Positions 35,656-46,073 of a DNA stretch of 60,805 nucleotides are shown in pieces. The notes under the pieces are model-generated. The model made no database searches, had not been told where the DNA came from, and saw nothing but the letters and a program-made list of their open reading frames with translations. Each line of letters starts with the position of its first letter. Position 1 is the first letter of the stretch. Origin of the DNA: Candidatus Omnitrophota bacterium (GTDB lineage: Bacteria > Omnitrophota > Gorgyraeia > Gygaellales > UBA12090). The stretch spans positions 1 to 60,805 of the forward strand of contig JAUSCZ010000037.1 of assembly GCA_030674475.1 (NCBI GenBank), given 5' to 3'. Both the position numbers and the translations under genes were made by a program.

Positions 35656-36590
35656 CAGCCTTGATTATTCTTATACCAGTCTATAGTTATTTTTAGCGCC
35701 GGCTCTAATTTAAATTCCTTTTGCCAGCCCAAGCTTCTTAATTTAGCGCAATTAAGGGCGTACCTGCGGTCGTGTCCGGGCCGGTCCGGAACATATTCAA
35801 TGAAGCTGTCCGGTTTTCGGGTGAGGGAAAGGATTTTCTTTACCAGAAGGATATTGGGAATTTCGCTTCCGGTCCCGATATTGTAAATTTCTCCTGTTTT
35901 TCCCTTATGCATAACCGTGTCAATCGCCCGGCAATTATCCAAGACAAAGATCCAATCCCGGCAATTTAACCCATCTCCGTAAAGGGGAATCTTCTTCCCT
36001 TCCAGCAGGTTGGTTACAAATAAAGGAATGGCCTTTTCCGGATATTGATAAGGTCCGAAATTATTAGAAGAGCGGGTGATTATAGCCGGAAGTTTATAGG
36101 TGATATGATAAGACCTGACTAAATGGTCGGCTGAGGCCTTGCTGGCTGAGTAAGGGCTGTTTGGCTCAAGCGGGTCTTTTTCCCGGGATTTACCCTTAGG
36201 GATACTGCCGTAAACCTCGTCGGTGGAAATCTGCAGGAACAGCTTTAGCTTTTTGTGCCTGGCGGCCTCAAGCAGGGAATAGGTTCCCTGGATATTAGCG
36301 CGGATAAAGTCTGAGGCGTCTTTGATTGAGCGGTCAACATGGGTGGCAGCGGCAAAATTTATCAAGCGGTCGCAGCGGGTGAGTATCTTCTCAACTAATT
36401 TAGTATCGCAAATATCTCCTTTTACGAAGGCATAGTTTTTGTTTTTCTCGACATCTCTTAGGTTTTCCGGGTTTCCGGCATAGGTGAGTTTATCCAGATT
36501 GATTATTTTGTAATCCGGATATTTAGTTAACATATGCCGGATGAAATTAGAACCGATAAATCCACAGCCGCCGGTGATTAGGAGTTTCAT
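35634..36590 (-). CDS. rfbB: dTDP-glucose 4,6-dehydratase
   Basis: TGGCGFIGSN, DKLTYAGN, ISTDEVYG, SPYSASKA, DRPGHDRRY. Confidence 0.96.
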   Translation of the reverse strand: MKLLITGGCGFIGSNFIRHMLTKYPDYKIINLDKLTYAGNPENLRDVEKNKNYAFVKGDICDTKLVEKILTRCDRLINFAAATHVDRSIKDASDFIRANIQGTYSLLEAARHKKLKLFLQISTDEVYGSIPKGKSREKDPLEPNSPYSASKASADHLVRSYHITYKLPAIITRSSNNFGPYQYPEKAIPLFVTNLLEGKKIPLYGDGLNCRDWIFVLDNCRAIDTVMHKGKTGEIYNIGTGSEIPNILLVKKILSLTRKPDSFIEYVPDRPGHDRRYALNCAKLRSLGWQKEFKLEPALKITIDWYKNNQGWWKKLKK

Positions 36591-37333
36591 TTCTCGCTCA
36601 AGGCTTTTCTGCGCGCCAGCGTGGCCGCCCGATACAGGGTCTCCGGCAGGCCGCAGTCGGTCCACCAGCCGCTTAAGGTATCGTAATAGAGCTCTTCGCG
36701 CTTGAGATAAAAATTATTTACGTCGGTGATTTCGAGTTCGCCGCGCTGTGAGGGTTTCAGGGTTTTAGCGATATCAAATACCCGGTAATCATACATATAG
36801 ATACCGGTAACCGCGTATTTGGATTTTGGTTTTTTGGGTTTTTCCTCTATGGATAAAATCTTTCCGTCCTTGATTTCAGCAACCCCGAATCTTTCAGGGT
36901 CTTTCACTGCCTTAAGTAGGACCCTGGCTCCTTTTTCCTGCTTTAAGAATTTTTCCACGTATTTTTTTATGGAGCATCCGATTAAGTTGTCTCCCAGGAT
37001 AACCACTACTTTTGAGCCGTCAACAAAGTGTTCAGCCAGCCTCAAAGCCTCGGCAATTCCGCCTTCCCCCCTCTGGTAGGTGTAGTTGATGTGCCGGAGG
37101 CCAAATTCCTGGCCGTTACCGATAAGCCTCAAGAAATCTCCGGCGTTGTTTCCTCCGGTAACTATCATTATATCTTTTATCCCGGCCTCAACCAGGGTCT
37201 CCAGCGGATAGTAAACCATCGGTTTGTTATAAATCGGAAGCAAATGCTTGTTGGTGATTCGGGTTAAAGGCTCAAGGCGCTTGCCTAATCCGCCGGCCAG
37301 GATTACGCCTTTTAGTCCGGAGACATCCGTCAT
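36587..37333 (-). CDS. rfbA: Glucose-1-phosphate thymidylyltransferase (short RfbA/SpsI type)
   Basis: ILAGGLGKRL, NKHLLP, LGDN, EEKP, RGELEITDVN. Confidence 0.9.
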   Translation of the reverse strand: MTDVSGLKGVILAGGLGKRLEPLTRITNKHLLPIYNKPMVYYPLETLVEAGIKDIMIVTGGNNAGDFLRLIGNGQEFGLRHINYTYQRGEGGIAEALRLAEHFVDGSKVVVILGDNLIGCSIKKYVEKFLKQEKGARVLLKAVKDPERFGVAEIKDGKILSIEEKPKKPKSKYAVTGIYMYDYRVFDIAKTLKPSQRGELEITDVNNFYLKREELYYDTLSGWWTDCGLPETLYRAATLARRKALSEK

Positions 37334-37789
37334 TTATTTTCTCCAATCATAAGGTATGTCGTTATCTAACTCATCCAGGCGATATTCATCGGGTTCTTCG
37401 CGGTTATAGGCCAAGGTAGGGATATTGATTACTATTGCCTCATCAGGGCTGACGCATTTAAAGCCGTGATAAACCTTTTTAGGTATTTTTACTAAAATCG
37501 GCTCATCCAGGCTTAGCTCAAACTCGTTGATTTTTTTATAGGTTTTTGATTTTGGCCGGGCATCATAGAGGACAAGCCTTATTTTTCCCTTGACGCAGGT
37601 AAAATGATCGTCCTGTTTTTGATGGTAGTGCCAGGCCTTAACCACGTTCGGGAAGGCGGTGGTAAAATAAACCTGGCCGAATTTGGCGAAGATTTCATCG
37701 TCGTGTCTTAAAATTTCCATCAACCGGCCGCGCTCATCACAGACTAATTTTAATTTTTTTATTTTTACTCCGCTGATCATTTGGCTCAT
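37334..37789 (-). CDS. rfbC: dTDP-4-dehydrorhamnose 3,5-epimerase family protein
   Basis: DERGRLME, KAWHYH, VYHGFK cupin motifs, within the rfb cluster. Confidence 0.88.
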   Translation of the reverse strand: MSQMISGVKIKKLKLVCDERGRLMEILRHDDEIFAKFGQVYFTTAFPNVVKAWHYHQKQDDHFTCVKGKIRLVLYDARPKSKTYKKINEFELSLDEPILVKIPKKVYHGFKCVSPDEAIVINIPTLAYNREEPDEYRLDELDNDIPYDWRK

Positions 37790-39099
37790 TTTCCCGATGT
37801 CCTTCCTATGCCGATGTAACGAAATCCCGCGTCGAGCATCTCTTTGGGGTCGTAGATATTTCTTCCGTCCACGATTATCGGCTGACGCATAATTTTCTTT
37901 ATTGCCTGTAAATCTAACTTTTTGAATTCATTCCATTCGGTAGTGATAACTAAGCAGTCGGAGTTCCGGGCGGTTTCGTAGACATCTTTACATAATTTTA
38001 CCCCGGGTAAGATATCTTTGGCCTTATCCATACTCTGGGGATCAAAGGCCTTTATTTTTGAGCCTTCAGCTTGTAATTGCCTGATGATGTCTATGGCCGG
38101 GGCGCTGCGCAGGTCATCGGTGTTGGGCTTAAAAGAAAGCCCTAATACGCCTATCTGCTTGTCTTTTAAAAGCCACAAGGCGTCTTTGATCTTTTTAACC
38201 AAGAGTTTTTTTTGGGAATCGTTGACATCTCTTGTTGCCTTAAGCAGTTGAAAGTCATAGCCGTTTTTCTTGGCTATGGTGATAAAGGCATCCAGGTCTT
38301 TGGGGAAGCAGGAGCCGCCATAGCCGATTCCGGCGTCTAAGAAGGCCCGGCCGATTCTTTTATCCAGGCCCATACCTTCGGCCACCTTAACTACATCCGC
38401 GCCGGTGGATTCGCAAATTCGGGAAATGGCGTTGATAAAGGAGATTTTAACCGCTAAAAACGAATTTGAGGCATGTTTGATAATTTCCGCGGATTTAATA
38501 TCCGTAACCACCATGTTGGTCTTAAGCGGCCCATAAAGCTTGAGCAGTAAGTTTTTGGCGGTTTCGGATTCTACGCCTAAGACAATTCTGTCCGGATTCA
38601 TAAAATCGTTTATCGCCTGGCCTTCCCGCAAAAACTCCGGGTTAGAGGCGACATCAAATTTGAACTTACCTTTTTTGGCCTTGGGCAGGTTGACTTTGAT
38701 GGTATGTTCTACCCAGGAACCGGTTTCAACCGGAACCGTGGATTTTTCCACAATCAACTTATAGCCGTTCATATTCTGGGCTATGGTTTTGGCTACATTT
38801 TCCACTCCGGTTAAATCCGCTTCGCCATTGTCTAAGGAGGGAGTACCTACGGCAATAAAAATAATCTCGGCTTGCTTAACCGCTTCTTTGATATCTGAGG
38901 TAAAGTTAAGCCGTTTTTCCCGGGTGTTGCGCCTGACTACATCTTCCAGCCCGGGTTCGTAGATGGGCATTACCATCTTTTTAAGCGCGGTTATTTTTGT
39001 CTTGTCGTTGTCGGCGCAGGTTACATTGTTCCCTAAATCCGCCAGACAGGCTCCGGTAACCAAGCCAACGTATCCAGTGCCGATAATGGTGATATTCAT
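37786..39099 (-). CDS. ugd: UDP-glucose/GDP-mannose dehydrogenase
   Basis: GTGYVGL, KSTVP, SNPEFLREG, GYGGSCFPKD, FKPNTDD. Confidence 0.95.
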   Translation of the reverse strand: MNITIIGTGYVGLVTGACLADLGNNVTCADNDKTKITALKKMVMPIYEPGLEDVVRRNTREKRLNFTSDIKEAVKQAEIIFIAVGTPSLDNGEADLTGVENVAKTIAQNMNGYKLIVEKSTVPVETGSWVEHTIKVNLPKAKKGKFKFDVASNPEFLREGQAINDFMNPDRIVLGVESETAKNLLLKLYGPLKTNMVVTDIKSAEIIKHASNSFLAVKISFINAISRICESTGADVVKVAEGMGLDKRIGRAFLDAGIGYGGSCFPKDLDAFITIAKKNGYDFQLLKATRDVNDSQKKLLVKKIKDALWLLKDKQIGVLGLSFKPNTDDLRSAPAIDIIRQLQAEGSKIKAFDPQSMDKAKDILPGVKLCKDVYETARNSDCLVITTEWNEFKKLDLQAIKKIMRQPIIVDGRNIYDPKEMLDAGFRYIGIGRTSGK

Positions 39100-39185
39100 T
39101 TTTTTCTCCTGGTATAATCATCAGGTATAAATCTTAAGATTATACCTGATCAGACATCCTACTCTTTGTCATTAGGGGATGTCTT

Positions 39186-41462
39186 TTAATCTGACGACCT
39201 GCCTTGGGCATACCCCTGGGAAAGAGGTTTGGGGTCGTGATAGTTTTGATTGTAGTCAATAGACATCTCCGGGAAGGCCTTCAGCCGTAAAACCAGCCAG
39301 ATGGTTTCTCCCCGCTCCCTTAAGACGTTATAATTCACATCCAAAATCCAGCAGTGCAGTTCCTTAGAAACGACATAATTCTGTTCTTTGACCAAACTAT
39401 TGCCTTTAAATTGCAGCCTTTGATACACCTTAAATGACCAGCCTTTGATAAGGTTGAATAAGATTTCTCCGGTCATCTGACTGCTGGACTTTCTTTCGTA
39501 GCGGTATCCGCCTCCCCAGGAGACGGTTTTGCCGGAGGCCTTAAGGTCAAAATTGGCGGAGGTGAAATACTTCTTTTTGCGGTCTAAGTTGGCGTCAGTC
39601 TCAAACCTCAGCCAGTCATAGGGAATGGCCTCCAGATCAAAAGTGACATTATGGTTCCAACGGCGGTTCCGGCCTTCAATATTGAAATAGTAGTTATTAC
39701 TGGTGAGCAGGCGCAGAAAATCCACGGTTTTGTTGCGGCGTTTGGTCTGGAGTTTATTTTCCAGGGACATATCTATCTGGTTGGCCTGGCCGATGGAATC
39801 CAGGTCAATAAGTTTGGAGGCGCTGACTGTGGGAGGATGAGTATAGGCCCAGCCTACATTTGGGCTGATGATATGACGGAGCTTATTAAACTTCATGCCC
39901 CAAATATCCGCGTCTACGTCAAAAATACGGTAAAATCTGGTAGTCAGATTAATTCCGCTGTCCCAGACTTCCCGGAAAATACCCACTTCCCTTCCGGCAA
40001 TCCTGCGGTAATAGGTTTCACGGGTTCCGGCATAGGGATTAAGGTCAAGAAAGGCTAATTTAAAAGGCAGGGATAGCCGGGTGTAATTATCTATTTTTTG
40101 ATTGGAATCATCTTCGTCGGTGGGCGCGGGGTAGGTGGCGAATTTTTTATTAAAGCTGGCATAGGAGGCGTTGTTGCTGAAATAAAGCGGGGTTTCAAAG
40201 ATCCGGGTGCTGGATTTATCGTGTTTAATCTCCGGGAGTTTTTCGGTCTCGGTAAAGATACGGTTAGTGCGCTTTTGGTTAAGTATGCTCAAATTAGAAT
40301 AATCCGGCAGAATCCGGTTATAGAGGATATACGAAGTTGGCTGGCTCTCCTTTTCGTATTCGCGAAAAAAGTAATCCTTGATGAATTTGGTATCTCTCAT
40401 TTTATGATACTCGGCCAGCCAATAGGTATTTTTATCCACTTCCCATTTATGCCGCCACTGGATGCGGTAGCGTTCGGTATCATCGGTAGCTTTAAGGGTT
40501 GTGGGATATTTATAGAGACGTTTTCTCCCGAGCACCCTTTCGTTCATATAATAGGTTTTAAAATAGCCCTTACCAACAACCTTGGTGTCATAATAATTAT
40601 CAATTCCCCAGGCCAGCTCCTTCTTCTCCCGGTAATCAAGATGGATTCGGCCTCCGGAGTTTGCCAGAAAATCATACCTCCAGGCAGTCAAAATAAAAAG
40701 CCCCCAATCTTTACTTTTTCCCGGAGTAACCTGGACATGCATCCGGTCATCTTTTAGATTCTGGGTATATTTAGGCATATACATTATCGGGGTATTGGCT
40801 ACCCGAAAGGTCATCGCCCGGGTGGTAACCTTGTCTTCGGGAAACAGTTCCAGCAGACGGCTTTGAATGCGGTAATGCGGACGTTTCTCATGGTCGCAGG
40901 TGGTAAAATATCCGTTTTTTATCTGGATTTCATCCTCGGAAACCTTTTTAATGATTTTTCCTTGTCCATAATAGGGCAGATAAGCTAAGGTAGCGTCAAA
41001 GGCCTGTCCGGTTTTGGTCTTAAAATTAAAGTCGCAGGATTTGGCCTTGATGGTGCCTTTTTTATCTTTTAAAACCACATTGCCTTCAGCGTGGGCGTCG
41101 TTGGTCAAGGTGTTGACTGTGGCTCGATCGCAGGTGAGGACCGATTCTCCCTTGGTTACCACAACATTCCCTTCAACTATGACAACATTAGTATCCTTGG
41201 AGTATTCAATTTTATCGCCATTGACCGTTATCGGGGCATCCGAATCCAACTTGAAGCTGTCGGTTATATCAGGTAGCTTCTCGGTTTCTTCCGAATCCGG
41301 GATATCCAGAGCGTTTTCTGCTTCTTTCTCTTTAATCTCTTTTTTCTGGGAGGCCTTAGCTGAAGTTTCCGATAAGGTGCTATTGATTAAGGATTCGGCC
41401 AGTAGAAACTTATTGGCTCCCAAAACGCACATAAGCGCGATTAAAATTATTTTTAATTTCAT
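39186..41462 (-). CDS. lptD: LPS-assembly outer membrane protein LptD-like
   Basis: Signal peptide, OstA-like jellyroll (AEGNV), FTTCD...PHY, aromatic beta-barrel, LHCW near the C-terminus. Confidence 0.8.
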   Translation of the reverse strand: MKLKIILIALMCVLGANKFLLAESLINSTLSETSAKASQKKEIKEKEAENALDIPDSEETEKLPDITDSFKLDSDAPITVNGDKIEYSKDTNVVIVEGNVVVTKGESVLTCDRATVNTLTNDAHAEGNVVLKDKKGTIKAKSCDFNFKTKTGQAFDATLAYLPYYGQGKIIKKVSEDEIQIKNGYFTTCDHEKRPHYRIQSRLLELFPEDKVTTRAMTFRVANTPIMYMPKYTQNLKDDRMHVQVTPGKSKDWGLFILTAWRYDFLANSGGRIHLDYREKKELAWGIDNYYDTKVVGKGYFKTYYMNERVLGRKRLYKYPTTLKATDDTERYRIQWRHKWEVDKNTYWLAEYHKMRDTKFIKDYFFREYEKESQPTSYILYNRILPDYSNLSILNQKRTNRIFTETEKLPEIKHDKSSTRIFETPLYFSNNASYASFNKKFATYPAPTDEDDSNQKIDNYTRLSLPFKLAFLDLNPYAGTRETYYRRIAGREVGIFREVWDSGINLTTRFYRIFDVDADIWGMKFNKLRHIISPNVGWAYTHPPTVSASKLIDLDSIGQANQIDMSLENKLQTKRRNKTVDFLRLLTSNNYYFNIEGRNRRWNHNVTFDLEAIPYDWLRFETDANLDRKKKYFTSANFDLKASGKTVSWGGGYRYERKSSSQMTGEILFNLIKGWSFKVYQRLQFKGNSLVKEQNYVVSKELHCWILDVNYNVLRERGETIWLVLRLKAFPEMSIDYNQNYHDPKPLSQGYAQGRSSD

Positions 41463-42391
41463 CTCTTATGAAGTTCTTCCTTAACCAATAACCCCGCCCC
41501 AATCATTCCGGCGTCATTACCTAATTTCGCTTTGACTATTCTTACGGCTCTGGCTGAGGTGGGCATCGAGCGCGCCCGGATAACTTTTCTTACTGTAGCA
41601 AAGATTATTTCTCCGGCATTGGCAACCCCCCCGCCGATTACTATAGTGTCCGGGTTAAAAAAGTTAACTACCCCGGAAAGGGCTATTCCTAAATGTTGGG
41701 CCGCGTTCTCCCAGATTTTTCGCGCTGCTTTATTTCCGCTTAAGCTCATCCGGCTTAATTCTTCTAAAGATATTGTTTCCCCAAAGGATTTTTTGGCCTG
41801 ATCCAATATCCGGCTATTTCCCACATAGCGTTCCAGGCAGGCGGTTCCTCCGCAGGGACATTTAGGCCCGGATTCGTTAAGCGGGATGTGCCCGATTTCA
41901 CCCGCGGTAAGGCTTGAGCCGCGGTATAATTTTCCCTGGACAATGATGCCGCCGCCGACTCCGGTGCCTAAGGTGATGCCTACCACATTAGTTTTTCCTT
42001 TAGCTGAACCTATCCTGGCTTCAGCTAAGGCCATCAAGTTGGCATCGTTATCAATAAATACCGGTAAACTGGTTCTTTTTTTCAGGATATCTCTTAAGCG
42101 GACATTGCGCCAGCCCGGGATATTGGGGAAATAATGCACAATCCCCTTTAAGGAATCAATTGGTCCGGGTAAGCCGATACCGATTCCCAGGACATTTTTC
42201 TTGGGGACATTAGCTTCGGATAAAATTTCTTCTATTGTCTGGCCAAGAGCAAAAATCAAATTTTCGCGGGAAGGGAAATCCCGGGTAGGCAGGCTTTTCT
42301 TGGAGATAATTTTGCCTTTGTATAGCAGGCCGAATTTGATATTAGTCGCGCCTAAGTCTATGCCAATTATATGTTTTTCATTCCTCGCCAT
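41459..42391 (-). CDS. ROK-family sugar kinase (glucokinase)
   Basis: GIDLGAT, DNDAN, LGTGVGGG, GEIGH, CPCG..ACLE. Confidence 0.92.
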   Translation of the reverse strand: MARNEKHIIGIDLGATNIKFGLLYKGKIISKKSLPTRDFPSRENLIFALGQTIEEILSEANVPKKNVLGIGIGLPGPIDSLKGIVHYFPNIPGWRNVRLRDILKKRTSLPVFIDNDANLMALAEARIGSAKGKTNVVGITLGTGVGGGIIVQGKLYRGSSLTAGEIGHIPLNESGPKCPCGGTACLERYVGNSRILDQAKKSFGETISLEELSRMSLSGNKAARKIWENAAQHLGIALSGVVNFFNPDTIVIGGGVANAGEIIFATVRKVIRARSMPTSARAVRIVKAKLGNDAGMIGAGLLVKEELHKR

Positions 42392-42459
42392 AGAAAAAGC
42401 ATTGTAGCCTAAATCATCTTTTTTTGCAAGGGAATTTTAGTCAGCGGTTACTCAGTGTT

Positions 42460-43449
42460 TTAATTTGAGCAGACCCGGTTGCGGCCTTGGGCCTTGGCCT
42501 GATAGAGGGCTTTATCCGCTTTATCAATTAAGCCGCTAAGTGCCTGCGCGTCATCAGGATATACGGATACGCCTATGCTTATGGTGCATCTGATATTTTC
42601 GTTATAGACGCGGATTCGCGCCTCTTCCACGCTCAGGCATAGGCGCTGGGCCACCAGGAATGAGCCTCCCTTGTCTGTTTCCGGAAGCAAAATGCACAGT
42701 TCTTCGCCTCCGTATCTGGCGCACATATCTATCTGGCGCAGGGAATATTTCAGGATTTTGGCGATTTCCTTTAAAATGGCGTCTCCGGTTATGTGCCCAT
42801 AGGTATCGTTATAGGTCTTAAAGTTATCCACGTCAATAAGCAGGAATGATAAAGGGTAATTGTTGTGTTTTGACCTTATCAGTTCTTGTTTTAGCCTTTC
42901 TAAGAAATATCCCCGCGCGTAGAGCCCGGTGAGGCCGTCGGTAATAGAAATTTCTTGAATTTCAGCAAAAAGCCTCGCGCGCTTCAGGGAGAGTTCGAGC
43001 TGGATTAAGAGGACGGCCATCTTCGCCCGGTCTATCTTTCCGGAATCTTTAATTGCCAAATAGCGCGTTTTTTGCTCTTTGGCGCTAAACTTAAACAGGC
43101 TGTAGTCTATATTATTTTTTATGAGCTGGTCGTCGCTAAAAAAGCATTCCGGGGTGTTGAAGATGCCGGATATCTTTTCTTTGAAGGCGTTCAGGATGCT
43201 CTCCTCATCAGTTGATTTAGATAATTCTTTGCTGACTTCGTATATGGCCGATTCGGTTTCAATAGAGTTAGCCAGCGCCTGATTGTGATCTTGGATATAT
43301 TTAAGCCTGTTTTCTATGGTTTGAAACAACTCGTTTCTGGCCTGAATAAGCAGAGAGAGATTGCTTAAGCCCAGATCAAGGTTTTTCTTAAGCCAGCGGA
43401 GAATAAAAAACGCGCTTAACGCTGCCGGCAGTAATCCTAAAATAGGCAT
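42460..43449 (-). CDS. Diguanylate cyclase (GGEEL) with RxxD I-site
   Basis: TDGLTGLY, DVDNFK.YND.YGH..GD, RQID, RYGGEEL. Confidence 0.9.
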   Translation of the reverse strand: MPILGLLPAALSAFFILRWLKKNLDLGLSNLSLLIQARNELFQTIENRLKYIQDHNQALANSIETESAIYEVSKELSKSTDEESILNAFKEKISGIFNTPECFFSDDQLIKNNIDYSLFKFSAKEQKTRYLAIKDSGKIDRAKMAVLLIQLELSLKRARLFAEIQEISITDGLTGLYARGYFLERLKQELIRSKHNNYPLSFLLIDVDNFKTYNDTYGHITGDAILKEIAKILKYSLRQIDMCARYGGEELCILLPETDKGGSFLVAQRLCLSVEEARIRVYNENIRCTISIGVSVYPDDAQALSGLIDKADKALYQAKAQGRNRVCSN

Positions 43450-44738
43450 ACCCGATTTCTCCCTAACCGCTTTGCCTCATAAAGAGCCGTATCGGCCTTA
43501 TTAATCAAATCTCCCGCTGAGTCGGCATCCTGAGGAAATCCGGCCGCGCCGATTGAAACCGTAATGCCGGTTTTATTGCGGCGTAGATTTATGGTTTTGG
43601 CCTGGATGAAGGCGCGCGTATTTTCCGCTAAAGAAAACGCCTCTTGCTTGGAGGCCGCGGGCAGGATTAACAGGAACTCTTCTCCCCCAAAACGGCCGAT
43701 AATCGCGTCTTGACCTTTGAGTGAGTCTTTAAGCCAGAAGCTTAAATTTTTTAAAACTATATCTCCGGCCAGATGTCCGTAGCGGTCATTATATTTTTTA
43801 AATAAATCTATATCCAGCATCAATACCGACAAAGAATTCTCATTGGTTAAACAGCGCTTTAATTCTTCGTCTAATCTTTCTAGTATATGTGTATGGGTGT
43901 AGAGGCCGGTGAGGGAATCTTTAATTGCCAGTTCTTTTATGTTTTGGTAGCATTTGGCATTGTCAATAGCTATGCTGGCTATATCCGCTATGGTGCTCAA
44001 GAGCCTTAAGTCTTCCAGCGTCCATAGCTTTTTTTCGGGTGAGTCTAAACGTAGTATTCCCAGCGCCCTGTTTTGACTGATGAGACAACTTGAAATCAAG
44101 GAGCTGATTTTTCGCTGAGCTATTTTCTTTACTGTGTGCTTGTCAAAGCGGAAATCAGAAGAGGTGTCTTCAACCAAAAGCGGCTGGGTATGCGCTAAGG
44201 CCCACTGGCTGAAGATATCCCCCTTTTTATCTTTGATGACGGAATCATCTGCCGCGGGCCCGTAAGAAGCGGCTAAAGATAGCTCTGAATAGCTGTCGCT
44301 AAGATAAATCAGGCAGGTGCTTTTTTGCTGCCCCAGCAATTGGAAGCATTCTTCAGCCAGTAATTTCAAGGCGTCGTCTAAAGAAAGATTTTGGTTGAAT
44401 TTTTCGGTGAGCAAAGCCAGATTATCATATTTCTTAAGTTTTAGATGTAAGGCCTTATTCTTGGTTTCTTCAATCTGAAGCTGGTCGTAAAGGATGTTGA
44501 TTCTTCCCTGAAGGTCTTCTATCTCGGAATTAAGCCGCTGTTCCTTCTTATTTTTTTGCTCTAAAAAAACAAAAAATAAAACAATGGCCCCTGCCGGGAT
44601 AGCCAGGTAAGGCAATAAGAAGGAAGGATTATTTCGCGGTCCGAAATATAAGCTTAGTAGAAGGGTGAATACAGGTAAAATAAGCAGAAAAGGACTGCTC
44701 TCTTTTGGGGGATATAGTGTAGGGCTGACGCGGCGCAT
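43437..44738 (-). CDS. Membrane GAF-GGDEF diguanylate cyclase
   Basis: Two TM helices, coiled coil, GAF, DSLTGLY, RFGGEEF. Confidence 0.9.
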   Translation of the reverse strand: MRRVSPTLYPPKESSPFLLILPVFTLLLSLYFGPRNNPSFLLPYLAIPAGAIVLFFVFLEQKNKKEQRLNSEIEDLQGRINILYDQLQIEETKNKALHLKLKKYDNLALLTEKFNQNLSLDDALKLLAEECFQLLGQQKSTCLIYLSDSYSELSLAASYGPAADDSVIKDKKGDIFSQWALAHTQPLLVEDTSSDFRFDKHTVKKIAQRKISSLISSCLISQNRALGILRLDSPEKKLWTLEDLRLLSTIADIASIAIDNAKCYQNIKELAIKDSLTGLYTHTHILERLDEELKRCLTNENSLSVLMLDIDLFKKYNDRYGHLAGDIVLKNLSFWLKDSLKGQDAIIGRFGGEEFLLILPAASKQEAFSLAENTRAFIQAKTINLRRNKTGITVSIGAAGFPQDADSAGDLINKADTALYEAKRLGRNRVCLF

Positions 44739-44778
44739 ACGGCGTGTGGGGGTGAGTTTTTGACTGCGCTTGATAAGG

Positions 44779-45882
44779 TTAAATAATAGTTACTTCGGTA
44801 TCCTTATCAAAAAAGTGCACCTTGCTCATATCAAAAACCAGGTCCATGTCCTGGTTTATCGGCGGCCGGTCGTGGGCTCCTACCCGGGCAATAAAGGTGT
44901 GTTTTCCGGTGTTGAGATACAGATAGACCTCTGAGCCCAGAGGTTCAACCACTTCGCAGGTTACCTTGACTACATTTTCCGCCGTGGCGCTGGAGACAAA
45001 GAGTTTATCGTATATATCCTCAGAACGCAGGCCCATAGTAATTTCTTTTCCTGTGTAGGGGTTAAGCTTCTTATACATCTCTTCAGCTATTCTTACGATA
45101 ACCTTTCCTTCGTCAAAATACAGCTTGCCGTCTTTTTTGATTATCCTGCCCAGCATAAAATTCATCGGGGGAGAGCCGATGAAGCTGGCCACGAATTTAT
45201 TTACCGGAGAATCGTAGATAGTTATAGGGTCAGCCGCCTGTTGGATTATCCCGTCTTTCATTACCGCGATGCGGTCTCCCATAGTCATGGCTTCGGTTTG
45301 GTCGTGGGTAACATAAATCATCGTGGTAGCCAGCCTCAGGTGCAGTTTATGGATTTCGGTGCGCATCTGGACCCGGAGTTTGGCATCGAGATTGCTCAAG
45401 GGTTCGTCAAACAAAAAGACCAGCGGTTTTCTGACTATCGCCCTTCCCACCGCTACCCTTTGGCGTTCGCCTCCGGAAAGTTCTTTGGGTCTGCGATTCA
45501 TAAGGGCCTTTATGCCTAATATACCGGCGGCATCAGTTACCCTTTTATTTATCTCCTGTTTTGGGTATTTTCTTAATTTTAAGCCGAAGGCCATATTTTC
45601 AAAGACGGTCATATGCGGATACAGGGCGTAATTCTGAAAGACCATGGCGATATCCCGGTCTTTGGCCGGAACCTCATTTACCAGCTTGTCCCCGATGTAA
45701 ATCCGGCCTTCGCTCATCTCCTCTAATCCGGCAATCATCCTTAAGGTGGTAGATTTTCCGCATCCCGACGGCCCGACCAAAACCATAAATTCCCGGTTTT
45801 CTATCCCTAGGTTTACCTTATCTACGGCGGCTATCCCGCCGTCATATATCTTGGAGACATCTTTTAAGCTTACCTGCGCCAT
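44779..45882 (-). CDS. Sugar ABC transporter ATP-binding protein (MalK/UgpC/MsmX)
   Basis: GPSGCGKS, VFQNYALYPHM, LSGGERQR, DEPLSNLD, TOBE domain. Confidence 0.93.
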   Translation of the reverse strand: MAQVSLKDVSKIYDGGIAAVDKVNLGIENREFMVLVGPSGCGKSTTLRMIAGLEEMSEGRIYIGDKLVNEVPAKDRDIAMVFQNYALYPHMTVFENMAFGLKLRKYPKQEINKRVTDAAGILGIKALMNRRPKELSGGERQRVAVGRAIVRKPLVFLFDEPLSNLDAKLRVQMRTEIHKLHLRLATTMIYVTHDQTEAMTMGDRIAVMKDGIIQQAADPITIYDSPVNKFVASFIGSPPMNFMLGRIIKKDGKLYFDEGKVIVRIAEEMYKKLNPYTGKEITMGLRSEDIYDKLFVSSATAENVVKVTCEVVEPLGSEVYLYLNTGKHTFIARVGAHDRPPINQDMDLVFDMSKVHFFDKDTEVTII

Positions 45883-45885
45883 TTG

Positions 45886-46050
45886 CCCTCACTTTGTTCG
45901 GGAGTAACCAGTAACCAGTAACCAGAAACCTGAAACCAGAGAACAGAAGCCAGAGAACTGTCCCGATTAACTATCGGGATCCCGACTCTGTCGGGAGAAC
46001 CAGATGGTAACTATTACAATCTGGTTACTGGCAACTGGTTTCTGGTTACT
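45886..46050. repeat. Inverted heptamer array (TAACCAG/CTGGTTA) with nested CCCGA...TCGGG palindromes
   Basis: Seen directly. 26 nt identical to 48922-48947. CCCGACTCTGTCGGGA also occurs at 23391-23406. Confidence 0.75.
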
Positions 46051-46073
46051 TATGATTATACCCATTAAAAAAA

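Noticed and set aside
39651-41484. Long plus-strand ORFs opposite lptD, and the many similar antisense ORFs opposite smc, clpB, dnaK and others
   Set aside because: They are shadow frames of well-supported genes, with no recognisable motifs.
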